64,000 nt of DNA from Candidatus Hodarchaeota archaeon (GTDB lineage: Archaea; Asgardarchaeota; Heimdallarchaeia; Hodarchaeales; Hodarchaeaceae): positions 64,001 to 128,000 of the forward strand of contig JAEOTC010000086.1 in the NCBI GenBank assembly GCA_016840035.1, in the 5' to 3' direction. Position numbers and translations under genes: made by a program. Of this stretch, positions 1 to 8,673 are shown piece after piece. The notes under the pieces were generated by a model. It was not told where the DNA came from, made no database searches, and worked only from the letters and a program-made list of their open reading frames with translations. Positions within the stretch are counted from its first letter, which is position 1. Every line of letters starts with the position of its first letter.

Positions 1-1236
1 ATTTAGAATACCTAATGATTCTAAGTTCTGTAGATGTTCAAAGATTTTAATTTTATTTGTAGGTAAATCTAAATTAGAAAGTATCTTCACAACAGTTTTA
101 TGAATTTTAGTGCTCTGTAAAGTCCTTATTCCTGAAATACCGGTGAAGTTGCTTTCATTATCACAGTACATCCTTCTAATGACAGAATAGACAATCCATT
201 CTCTTATTAATCTCTTAATCTCGATTTTACGGCCAGTGTTACCTCTGCCTGAAAGATTTACACAGGAGGTAACTATTCTATTATTAAATAGAAATGAATT
301 ATTACAATCCTCTTTATTTTCCACTTTCCACTTTCCTGTTACCAGATTTAAGTAGGTGTAAATCAATTCGTATAAAGATAATTTCTTGTTTCCTCCCATC
401 CATGTACGTTCTCTTCCACTTTTTAATTTAATTTGTCGACTCTTTTTATAATCCTGATCTGAAAATTGAAAGTTAAATTTTATCTCTACTTCATAAATTC
501 CATCTGTTTTAAATTTCAACAAGAGAGGCCTATTTAAAATCAAATTTCCCATTACCTCACGTGTTTTCTTTGAGAAAGTAATACATTCATCAGATATCTC
601 AAATTCCAATGTTAACAACCAGTTGAAAGCGTTTTCCATTTGCAAAATCGAACAGCATGATGGTATGTTCTTCATGAAATAAGAAACATTATGGTATCCC
701 ATTTTCAGGGCAATAAGTTCACAGGATGGATGTAAAAACTTATCAGTCTTAACTAATCGCACTATTCTTGGATTTTTTTTAAGATCGACAACGGCTTTAA
801 CAAATAATGATATACATGTTTTATATCCATGATAAAAGTTACCTTGGGCGCAAATGGCTGACAATTTCAGAACATTGATATTTTTCAATTTAATACTATG
901 GAACACTATGTCAAAAGAAGAATTCTCAATTTGATTCTTAACATATCTTGAGCCTGTTTTCTCATTATTTCCATTCACAACTACTGCAACTTTAATTTTA
1001 CTAAATATAACAGTTAAAGCACTTAAGAAATACTGTTCATTAAAATCGAAGTATATTTTTCCAATCCTTCCCATCTCGAAAATTAAAGCTTCAACCTTAA
1101 AATTAGACTGTTCAAATATGTACCATAATCGTGTATCAATTCCTAAATTATCCAAAGTAGACAAGTATTTTGTCATCCCATTGGATTCAAGACCTATTGA
1201 GTTATTAATAGCCAACAGGATTCCTGCTAATCCCAT
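1..1236 (-). CDS. Hypothetical protein, >412 aa, runs off the left edge of the window (not in ORF track)
   Basis: Checked codon by codon: no in-frame stop from ATG at 1236 to position 1 (MGLAGILLAINNSIGLESNGMTKYL...); no recognisable motif. Confidence 0.7.
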   Translation of the reverse strand, partial: MGLAGILLAINNSIGLESNGMTKYLSTLDNLGIDTRLWYIFEQSNFKVEALIFEMGRIGKIYFDFNEQYFLSALTVIFSKIKVAVVVNGNNEKTGSRYVKNQIENSSFDIVFHSIKLKNINVLKLSAICAQGNFYHGYKTCISLFVKAVVDLKKNPRIVRLVKTDKFLHPSCELIALKMGYHNVSYFMKNIPSCCSILQMENAFNWLLTLEFEISDECITFSKKTREVMGNLILNRPLLLKFKTDGIYEVEIKFNFQFSDQDYKKSRQIKLKSGRERTWMGGNKKLSLYELIYTYLNLVTGKWKVENKEDCNNSFLFNNRIVTSCVNLSGRGNTGRKIEIKRLIREWIVYSVIRRMYCDNESNFTGISGIRTLQSTKIHKTVVKILSNLDLPTNKIKIFEHLQNLESLGILN

Positions 1237-1549
1237 CCTCTATACACTACCAGAAATAATGATTTTTGCCCGTTTAGGAGTAATATTTTGGATCTTGTCT
1301 GAGAGAGAATCAATATCCCAATGTGTGTTTGATTCAATTTTCTTAATGATTGAAGGTATTTCTGGTCATATTCCAACAAGTTAGATATTAAATCTGGATA
1401 CATCTATTCTGACTTGATCACTTTACCCTGAAAAGGTAAATGGAGAGACAGGTCTCTGAAAATGAAGAATTAATAGATATTTGAGGAAAATGAAATTCTA
1501 GAAGAAATTTTGAACTGAATTGTTATTTTCATCAGAGAAAGAGAAAGAG

Positions 1550-1660
1550 GGCCGGTGCGGGGAATCGAACCCCGACATGGTGGGCCACAACCACCGATTA
1601 TAGTAATCTAGAGTTTCCGAAGTAACCCCAGATCAAGACTACCATTATCCTACACCGGCC
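1550..1660 (-). tRNA. tRNA-His(GUG) with encoded G-1 and a 39-nt intron at 24/25 (1598-1636)
   Basis: Acceptor GCCGGTG/CACCGGC; anticodon arm GGTGG-TTGTGGC-CCACC; T-arm CGGGG-TTCGATT-CCCCG; BHB GTAG-TCT / CTAT-AAT closing a 12-bp intron hairpin. Confidence 0.93.
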
Positions 1661-1796
1661 AGAGCATTGGAAATTAGTTTTAATCAGGTAATTTCTTTAT
1701 TTTTACCAACTACTTTGTAGATCATTCTCCATTCGTAATCCATTTATGATTTATCCTTATGGACTCCTTTATTTTATCTAAAAATCCTTGGTATAG

Positions 1797-2390
1797 ATGG
1801 ATGACAGGATAATTTTTCTATTGAACCTAGGAAATAAACAAATGATAAAAGATTCTAAAGGTACTACTTCTTCATCTCTTGGGTGCTTACACATGATTAC
1901 AGGAGATGGTAAAGGAAAAACTACGTCTGCATTAGGTATTGCGCTAAGAGCAGCAGGCCATGGATTTAAAATATTGATGATTCAATTCATGAAAAAAGGG
2001 TGGAATTATGGAGAATTGAAGGCAGTAGAATTAGTTCCAAATTTCAAAATAGTCCAATTCGGAACTCCTGACTTTGTTGACAAAAATAATCCCTTGGAAA
2101 TCGATTTTCAGGAAGCACGGGCCGGATTAAATTTTTTTAAGGATGAAATAGACAAATCGTGGGATATTATCATTTTAGACGAAATTAATGTAGTAATTGA
2201 CTATCAACTAATTCCTGAGCAGGAGATCATTATTCTTCTCAGAACAAAACCTAAAAATCTCGAGGTTATTTTGACTGGTAGATATGCTCGAAAGGCCATT
2301 ATTGACCTTTGTGATTATTATACTAAAGTAGATTCCATAAAACATCCGTATCAACAAGGAATTATTGCTCGAAAAGGTGTAGAATTTTGA
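1797..2390 (+). CDS. cobO: Cob(I)alamin adenosyltransferase (CobA/CobO/BtuR family); real start probably 1842
   Basis: TGDGKGKTTSALG P-loop, IQFMK, ILDE, EVILTGR, KHPY...ARKGVEF; directly upstream of a B12 mutase. Confidence 0.92.
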   Translation: MDDRIIFLLNLGNKQMIKDSKGTTSSSLGCLHMITGDGKGKTTSALGIALRAAGHGFKILMIQFMKKGWNYGELKAVELVPNFKIVQFGTPDFVDKNNPLEIDFQEARAGLNFFKDEIDKSWDIIILDEINVVIDYQLIPEQEIIILLRTKPKNLEVILTGRYARKAIIDLCDYYTKVDSIKHPYQQGIIARKGVEF

Positions 2391-4102
2391 CAGCTTCTCC
2401 GAATAAACCCAAAAAGACCTCTGAACGCAAGACTTCTTCCAAACACACTGAACTACTTCAAAAACGAAAAGAGTGGGAGGAAAAATATGAAAAATTGGTG
2501 AAAAAGAAGCCTGAAAGGCTACCCAGTTTCGTGACAACATCAAGCGTCTCGATCAACCGTCTCTATGGGCCTACCGATATACCTATGACATGGAATTATC
2601 TTGAGGATTTAGGTCATCCTGGAGAATTTCCTTTTACTCGCGGGGTACAACAAACGATGTACAGAGGGCGTTTATGGACAATGCGCCAATTTGCTGGTTT
2701 TGGAGGGGCAGAAGAGACGAATGAAAGGTTTAAATTCTTGTTAGCTAATGGTATGACTGGTTTAAGTGTTGCCTTTCATCTTCCTACTCTATATGGACGT
2801 GAATCAACTCATCTTATGTCTCTAGGAGAAGTGGGAAAGCTGGGAGTAGCAATCGATACGTTAAGGGATATGGAAATTCTCTTCGATGGGATCCCACTTG
2901 ATCAAGTTACTACTTCAATGACTATAAATGCACCAGCGGCTATCTTACTTGCTATGTATATTGCAGTAGCTGAGCAACAGGGGATTTCGTCAGATAAGAT
3001 CGGCGGTACAATTCAAAACGATATTCTTAAGGAATATATGGCCCAAAAATCTTATATTTTCCCACCAAAACCATCTATGCGTCTCATCGTAGATACGATA
3101 AAATACTGTTCCAAAAAGGTCCCGAGATGGAATACTATTTCAATTTCTGGTTATCATATTCGTGAAGCTGGATCAACAGCAGCTCAAGAACTAGCTTTCA
3201 CCCTTATTAACGGGTTTGAATATGTGAGATGGGCTGTAAAATCCGGGATGGACATAGATGAGTTTGCTCCAAGGCTTTCGTTCTTTTTCAATTCACATAA
3301 TGATTTTTTTGAAGAAATTGCAAAGTTTAGAGCAGCTCGCAGAATTTGGGCTAGAAAAATGAAAGAATATTCCCCTAAGAATGAGCGTTCTCTTTGGCTT
3401 AGATTCCATACTCAAACTGCAGGATGTTCATTAACTGCCCAACAACCGTATAATAATGTTGTTAGAACCACAGTTCAATCTATGGCTGCTGTAATTGGTG
3501 GTACACAATCTTTGCATACAAATTCGCTGGATGAGGCGTTAGCTTTACCAAGTGAAGATGCTGTAGAAATTGCACTCCGAACCCAGCAAATAATTGCTCA
3601 TGAGAGCGGACTCACAAATACAATTGATCCCCTGGCGGGGAGCTACTTTGTGGAAAGTCTGACAAACAAGATGGAAGAGGAAGTAGAGGAATATATTCGA
3701 AAAGTGGATCAATTAGGAGGAGTGATTCCTGCAATAGAGAAAGGATTTTTCCAACAGGAGATTGCGAATGCCGCTTATCAGTACCAAAAAGAAATTGAAG
3801 CAAACGAGAGAACTATTGTTGGAGTGAATGATTTCGCAAAGGATGAACAGATCAAGATACCAATTTTACAAATTGGTGAGGAGATTGCAGAACGTCAAAA
3901 GAAACGATTAGAGAAAGTTAAACAAGAAAGAGATTCAGAATCAGTTGTTAACACATTAGCCAGAATTCGTGAAGCTGCGAAAGGGGACGAAAATCTATTT
4001 CCCCTAATTTTGGAAGCTGTTAAATCCTATGCATCTATTGGAGAAATCTGTGATGTCCTAAGAGAAGTATTTGGAGAATGGAAGGGAGATTTGTTATTCT
4101 AA
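2387..4102 (+). CDS. B12-dependent acyl-CoA mutase large subunit (MCM family; isobutyryl-CoA mutase-type residues)
   Basis: PGEFPFTRG, WTMRQFAGF, GTIQNDILKEY, ISISGYHIREAG, GGTQSLHTN. Confidence 0.93.
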   Translation: MTASPNKPKKTSERKTSSKHTELLQKRKEWEEKYEKLVKKKPERLPSFVTTSSVSINRLYGPTDIPMTWNYLEDLGHPGEFPFTRGVQQTMYRGRLWTMRQFAGFGGAEETNERFKFLLANGMTGLSVAFHLPTLYGRESTHLMSLGEVGKLGVAIDTLRDMEILFDGIPLDQVTTSMTINAPAAILLAMYIAVAEQQGISSDKIGGTIQNDILKEYMAQKSYIFPPKPSMRLIVDTIKYCSKKVPRWNTISISGYHIREAGSTAAQELAFTLINGFEYVRWAVKSGMDIDEFAPRLSFFFNSHNDFFEEIAKFRAARRIWARKMKEYSPKNERSLWLRFHTQTAGCSLTAQQPYNNVVRTTVQSMAAVIGGTQSLHTNSLDEALALPSEDAVEIALRTQQIIAHESGLTNTIDPLAGSYFVESLTNKMEEEVEEYIRKVDQLGGVIPAIEKGFFQQEIANAAYQYQKEIEANERTIVGVNDFAKDEQIKIPILQIGEEIAERQKKRLEKVKQERDSESVVNTLARIREAAKGDENLFPLILEAVKSYASIGEICDVLREVFGEWKGDLLF

Positions 4103-4118
4103 ATAAGGAAGGAATATT

Positions 4119-4529
4119 ATGAGTACAAACCAGAAGATACGTGTCTTATTAGCAAAACCGGGGCTAGATGGTCATGACCGTGGCGTGAAAGTTGTCGCAA
4201 GAGCGCTTCGGGATGCTGGAATGGAAGTTATCTACACAGGCTTGCATAAGAGTCCGGAGGTAATTATTGAGGCTGCATTACAGGAGGATGTAGATGTCAT
4301 TGGCCTGTCTAGTTTAAGTGGTGCTCATTTGGCACTTTTTACTCAGATAATGAAGTTACTCTCGGAAAGAGAAATGGCTGAAGATACTCTTGTCATTGCT
4401 GGAGGAATTATTCCTGATGCAGACATTCCAAAGCTCGAGAAAATCGGTATCAAGGGTATTTTTGGTCCCGGTGCGGATACTGATGACATAACAAATTTTA
4501 TCAGATCAAATCTTAAACGTACCATATAA
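4119..4529 (+). CDS. Acyl-CoA mutase small, cobalamin-binding subunit
   Basis: [10 protein letters not shown] (DxHxxG), SSLSGAH, GGIIP, IFGPG. Confidence 0.95.
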   Translation: MSTNQKIRVLLAKPGLDGHDRGVKVVARALRDAGMEVIYTGLHKSPEVIIEAALQEDVDVIGLSSLSGAHLALFTQIMKLLSEREMAEDTLVIAGGIIPDADIPKLEKIGIKGIFGPGADTDDITNFIRSNLKRTI

Positions 4530-4572
4530 CTGTGATATTGATTTCCATAATCCTACAATATTGGGTTAAAAC

Positions 4573-4719
4573 ATGACGTCCTATTTATGTCAAAAATGCC
4601 ATCAAGAGATTGATCCCGCCGAGTTGGAAACATTACCAGGGATTAGATGTATTATTTGTGGTCATAGAATTCTTTTGAAAAAACGACCCCCAATTATCAA
4701 ACGATTGAAAACGGATTAA
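4573..4719 (+). CDS. rpo12: RNA polymerase subunit Rpo12 (P), 48 aa (not in ORF track)
   Basis: Translated by hand: MTSYLCQKCHQEIDPAELETLPGIRCIICGHRILLKKRPPIIKRLKTD; C4 zinc ribbon plus the typical CG.RIL.K.R. Confidence 0.93.
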   Translation: MTSYLCQKCHQEIDPAELETLPGIRCIICGHRILLKKRPPIIKRLKTD

Positions 4720-4819
4720 TCAGTGTCGGACGACTGAAATCTCTAGATAAATTTATATTCTCGCATAAATTAGTGAATGTCAGCTGATTCAACCAGAAAT
4801 TTGAGGTCTAATTAAAAAA

Positions 4820-5131
4820 ATGGGTGAAATTTGTAAAACCTGTGGTTTACCGACAGAGCTCTGTGCTTGTTCGGATATTGCACGGGAAGAACAGACGAGT
4901 ATTCGTGTTTATATCGAAAGAAGAAAATGGGGAAGAGAGGTAACGGTGATAGCGGGTCTATCAAAAGACATCGACTTGAAACCTTTAACTAAACGCCTGA
5001 AGAAAAAACTTGCAACGGGTGGTACGACAAAAGAGGGACGTATCGAACTTCAAGGTAATTTCATGCGATTAGTTGCGCCTATCTTGGTGAAAGAGGGTTT
5101 TCCTGAATCTTCTATTGAACTACGAGATTAA
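4820..5131 (+). CDS. sui1: Translation initiation factor aIF1 (SUI1)
   Basis: CKTCGLPTELCAC, RRKWGREVTVI, LKKKLATGGT, IELQG. Confidence 0.95.
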   Translation: MGEICKTCGLPTELCACSDIAREEQTSIRVYIERRKWGREVTVIAGLSKDIDLKPLTKRLKKKLATGGTTKEGRIELQGNFMRLVAPILVKEGFPESSIELRD

Positions 5132-5232
5132 TTCTGTAGATTTCTCTACCTCTGAATTCTTTTCAAAGAGATCTTCTTTACGTAAAAGAATATTTAAGGC
5201 CCTTACAGTATTGAAGGATATAGAAAAAAAGT

Positions 5233-5260
5233 AATCTTCACCTTTTCGAAAGGTGAGATT
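5233..5260. terminator. Inverted repeat between convergent genes, possible bidirectional terminator
   Basis: AATC-T-TCACCTTT-TCG-AAAGGTGA-GATT next to an A-run. Confidence 0.35.
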
Positions 5261-5301
5261 CAGAATGAATTCTTATTCCTTGTTACTTTTCGCTAGGACG
5301 C

Positions 5302-5634
5302 TCAATCTTGAGGTGTTTCAATTGCCTCAACTAAGTGCTTGCCAGAAATGACTTGGTCAATTGAATGAATCGAACCGTGTAAGTCATTAATTGCCTTTGA
5401 AATCAATTCGTAATCCATATTCGATCCTTCGAGAACCACTTTTAAATTCTCTGTTTTTGCATCTATTTCCACCAGAGTGCAATTTACGGCATTTACTCCA
5501 TCAACTTGTTCTAGTGCGGTTGCAAAAGAAACAAGAGACGGATCATGAAGTTTTAGAACATCTAGCACCAGACGACGCACACCGCCGACCTTTGAAGTAC
5601 TGCTTCCACCCTTCGAATCAGTTTTGTCAGACAT
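5302..5634 (-). CDS. DUF211 family protein
   Basis: VRRLVLDVLKLHDP ... GSIHSIDQV signature. Confidence 0.85.
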   Translation of the reverse strand: MSDKTDSKGGSSTSKVGGVRRLVLDVLKLHDPSLVSFATALEQVDGVNAVNCTLVEIDAKTENLKVVLEGSNMDYELISKAINDLHGSIHSIDQVISGKHLVEAIETPQD

Positions 5635-5746
5635 GACCTCTGTGACACCTAAATTTTTTTCCTATTAGAATAGAATACTGTGAGTATTACTCAACGAAAA
5701 AGGTTTTTAAACCTTAGGAGAAGAATAAATAAAACGTGATGCATGG

Positions 5747-6088
5747 ATGTCAAATCTAAATCGGTTTTTTTCACAGGAAATTGGGGTAAAACCAAAATCC
5801 AAAGAAACTCTTAAGAAAAAAAAGCCTATCCTTTTCACCCGGAATAAACTCCCCAAAGGACTCAACGATTTATCGAAGGAGGATTTACTAGAATTATTGG
5901 AACAGATTTTCCCTCTCATTCCAGGTTTTTTTTCAAATTTAGCTTGGACTAGACAAAAACTTCTTCCAAAGAATCCAAATATTACCCCCAGCGATCTAGC
6001 TAGCGAATTGAACATACCTTTATTAGAAGCATACTACATTCTGGAGAATCTTCAACAAACCTATTCTTCAGAAAGACCATCGGTTTGA
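5747..6088 (+). CDS. Hypothetical protein with a possible C-terminal HTH
   Basis: ITPSDLASELNIPLLEAYYIL resembles a helix-turn-helix. Confidence 0.55.
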   Translation: MSNLNRFFSQEIGVKPKSKETLKKKKPILFTRNKLPKGLNDLSKEDLLELLEQIFPLIPGFFSNLAWTRQKLLPKNPNITPSDLASELNIPLLEAYYILENLQQTYSSERPSV

Positions 6089-7344
6089 AACATTATTTCT
6101 GCAATGTTTTGGTAAGAATTAAGTTTGTTTATGGCCTCAGTACACCCTTCAATTAAAGGTGTATTGTTTGATTCTTCAGCTTTTTGTTTTGCGCCCTCGA
6201 GTAAAGTTGTAGCTTCATTAAAATGCGCTATAGCTTCAGGCATTAGCTGATCGTATTCAACGACCGCATTACAAAACTTAGTCATTGCATCGAAATAATA
6301 AATTTGGGGTTGAAATGATGCAGAGAGTTCTTCACTTGGTAGCTTCGAAAGCATGCCATCCAGAGTTTTACGCGCATTGGTAAAGTTAACAGCAGCCAAT
6401 TCATTATTATCTTTTGACATATGGTCTTTTGCTAATGCCTCGTAATACGATGACATCTGAATCAATTCCTGGAGTTCATATTCAATATTACTTTGAATTT
6501 TACTTAAAGATCTGTAGAGCTGGGCTGATTTACTATACTCCTTGGAGGCTTTGTCATAGATTTCGTTCTCAGATTGAATAATGCCTGTGGAAAAGAATTT
6601 TTCTGCTTGTTTTTCCAATTTTTGAATACCTAAACTTATAATTTGAACACGGGTTTTGTCAAAATCTTTATTACTAGTTTCTTGTCCTAAGAAACGAGCT
6701 TTGCGAAAGAAACGTAAAGCTTGGTACATTTCACTCGAATTTGAGGAAGAAATTCCTCGTAAATTGTATAAGAGACCCGTCACATAATAGATATTTCGTA
6801 ATGAATCAAAATAATGAAAGTAATCCTGAGATTTCTGTTCAAATTCCAATTCATTTGAGTACCGTTTGATCGCTTCAGTATATAGGATCTCGGCTTGTGC
6901 TAGATCATTCTCTTCAAAACTGGTCTGTGCACGAATGTTTTGGACCCGAGCATCAGTTCTTAGCAATAATCGATCGATATCATATTGCCATCTAGAATAG
7001 ACTTCTGGAAAATCTTTCTGAATGGTCGAAATTCCTTCTTGAACCTTCTGGTAATTATTTATTGCTTTAGAAATTCGATTACTGAGAAATAAAAATTCGC
7101 TATTAAAGAATAAACGTAAGTTCTGTAAAAGATGAAGATAGAAATCGATTTCTGGACTTTCTTGCGAGCTTAAAGTCTCATTCAATTCGTCACATATCTG
7201 AACTAATTCAGCAATTCTATCTGCTGAAATTTGATAGTCCTGAGTAAAGATCTCTTTTAATTTCGTCATAGCAATTTTTTCACTCATATATCGATCCACA
7301 CTGACAGTTAAAATATGCACAAGTCTATTCTGGAAAAGAGTCAA
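6061..7344 (-). CDS. Helical-repeat (TPR-like) hypothetical protein
   Basis: 427-aa all-alpha pattern with A..Y..A / A..F..A motifs. Confidence 0.65.
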   Translation of the reverse strand: MTLFQNRLVHILTVSVDRYMSEKIAMTKLKEIFTQDYQISADRIAELVQICDELNETLSSQESPEIDFYLHLLQNLRLFFNSEFLFLSNRISKAINNYQKVQEGISTIQKDFPEVYSRWQYDIDRLLLRTDARVQNIRAQTSFEENDLAQAEILYTEAIKRYSNELEFEQKSQDYFHYFDSLRNIYYVTGLLYNLRGISSSNSSEMYQALRFFRKARFLGQETSNKDFDKTRVQIISLGIQKLEKQAEKFFSTGIIQSENEIYDKASKEYSKSAQLYRSLSKIQSNIEYELQELIQMSSYYEALAKDHMSKDNNELAAVNFTNARKTLDGMLSKLPSEELSASFQPQIYYFDAMTKFCNAVVEYDQLMPEAIAHFNEATTLLEGAKQKAEESNNTPLIEGCTEAINKLNSYQNIAEIMFQTDGLSEE

Positions 7345-7454
7345 CTGAACATATCAACGTTCTGGTGGAGTAAGAGAATTCAACGATAAAAAACATTTTG
7401 ATATTTTCTTTAAATCCTCTCTAATATAAGATAGCAACTAAACAACTGGTATAG

Positions 7455-8492
7455 GTGCAAGAAATGACTGATTGGACATCTGAAGAAGGTATTTCTGATG
7501 AAGAGAAAATTTATTATTACCGTAAGGCTGGACAGATAGGATATGAGGTATTAAATTCGGTCAAGGACATGATTAAACCCGGAGTTCCTATCATTGAAAT
7601 TTGTGAAACTGCAGAAAAATTGATCATGGATAAAGGAGCTGAAGGTTTCGGTTTTCCAACAAATGTTTCTATTGATAATATTGCAGCACATTATACCAGT
7701 CCTTTTGGGGATGAGAGTTTAATTCCTGAGTCAGGGAGTATAAAACTTGATCTTGGAGTTCATGTGAACGGTTATATTGCAGATACAGCAGTAACGGTAA
7801 TTCTCTCTGATGAATTAAAGGATCTAAAAAAAGCAGCTGAAGAAGGATTTTCTGCTGGTATGGAAATCATCCAGGCTGGAACACTTCCCTCAATGGTAGG
7901 TGGAAGGATTGAAGAAACCATTACCGGGTATGGATATAGACCAATTAAAGAATTAACTGGTCACAAATTAGGACGATATGAGCTGCATGGGGACAAAAGA
8001 TTACCAAGTGTAAGTGCTCCATTTGACCCTGCAGAAGCATCCTTAGAGGTAGGAGAAGCTTATGCACTGGAAACTTTTGCAACTACGGGTTCAGGGAGTA
8101 TTCATGAAATAAAAGGTTCAAGATACATCTATATGCTCCTTCCACGACGAATTGCGATCCGAAATCCCGTCTCGAGAAAAATATACTCTACGATATACAA
8201 AAAGTATAAAACACTTCCTTTCGCGGAAAGATGGCTCAGTTCATATGACCAATTTAATCCTGCGAGAGTTCGCTTCGCCCTACGTGAATTACTCAATAAT
8301 GGTGGAGCTATTGTATACCCAACTCTTGCAGATGAAAAAGGAAGTTACGTTGCACAGTATGAACATACTTTTGTAATTACTGAAAACGATGGTGTAATTA
8401 TCACAACGAAACCACCATTTAAGTTTGAAGTTCCAGAATCATTGACAGAAAATGGAACTGATAACAATTCCAAATCTTCTGAAGAGGAATAG
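7455..8492 (+). CDS. map: Methionine aminopeptidase type II
   Basis: FPTNVSIDNIAAHYT, KLDLGVHVNGYIADTA, LTGH, ALETFATTGSG, AQYEHT. Confidence 0.96.
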   Translation: MQEMTDWTSEEGISDEEKIYYYRKAGQIGYEVLNSVKDMIKPGVPIIEICETAEKLIMDKGAEGFGFPTNVSIDNIAAHYTSPFGDESLIPESGSIKLDLGVHVNGYIADTAVTVILSDELKDLKKAAEEGFSAGMEIIQAGTLPSMVGGRIEETITGYGYRPIKELTGHKLGRYELHGDKRLPSVSAPFDPAEASLEVGEAYALETFATTGSGSIHEIKGSRYIYMLLPRRIAIRNPVSRKIYSTIYKKYKTLPFAERWLSSYDQFNPARVRFALRELLNNGGAIVYPTLADEKGSYVAQYEHTFVITENDGVIITTKPPFKFEVPESLTENGTDNNSKSSEEE

Positions 8493-8673
8493 CGAAATCT
8501 GCTCCCTGAAAAACTGTTTATTTTGACTCTGTATTATTCATCATTCGATAGAGGATAATTTCACTAAAATTTACTAATTTTTGAATCTACTAGATTCAAT
8601 AACCTTTTTTTATTCCTCTTCTAGTTTAGTACTTAAACAAAAGAAAAGGATAATTCCGAGGATGTAAGAATAC

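Noticed and set aside
1118-1384. 88-aa plus-strand ORF in the track
   Set aside because: Antisense shadow of the long minus-strand frame; no motif
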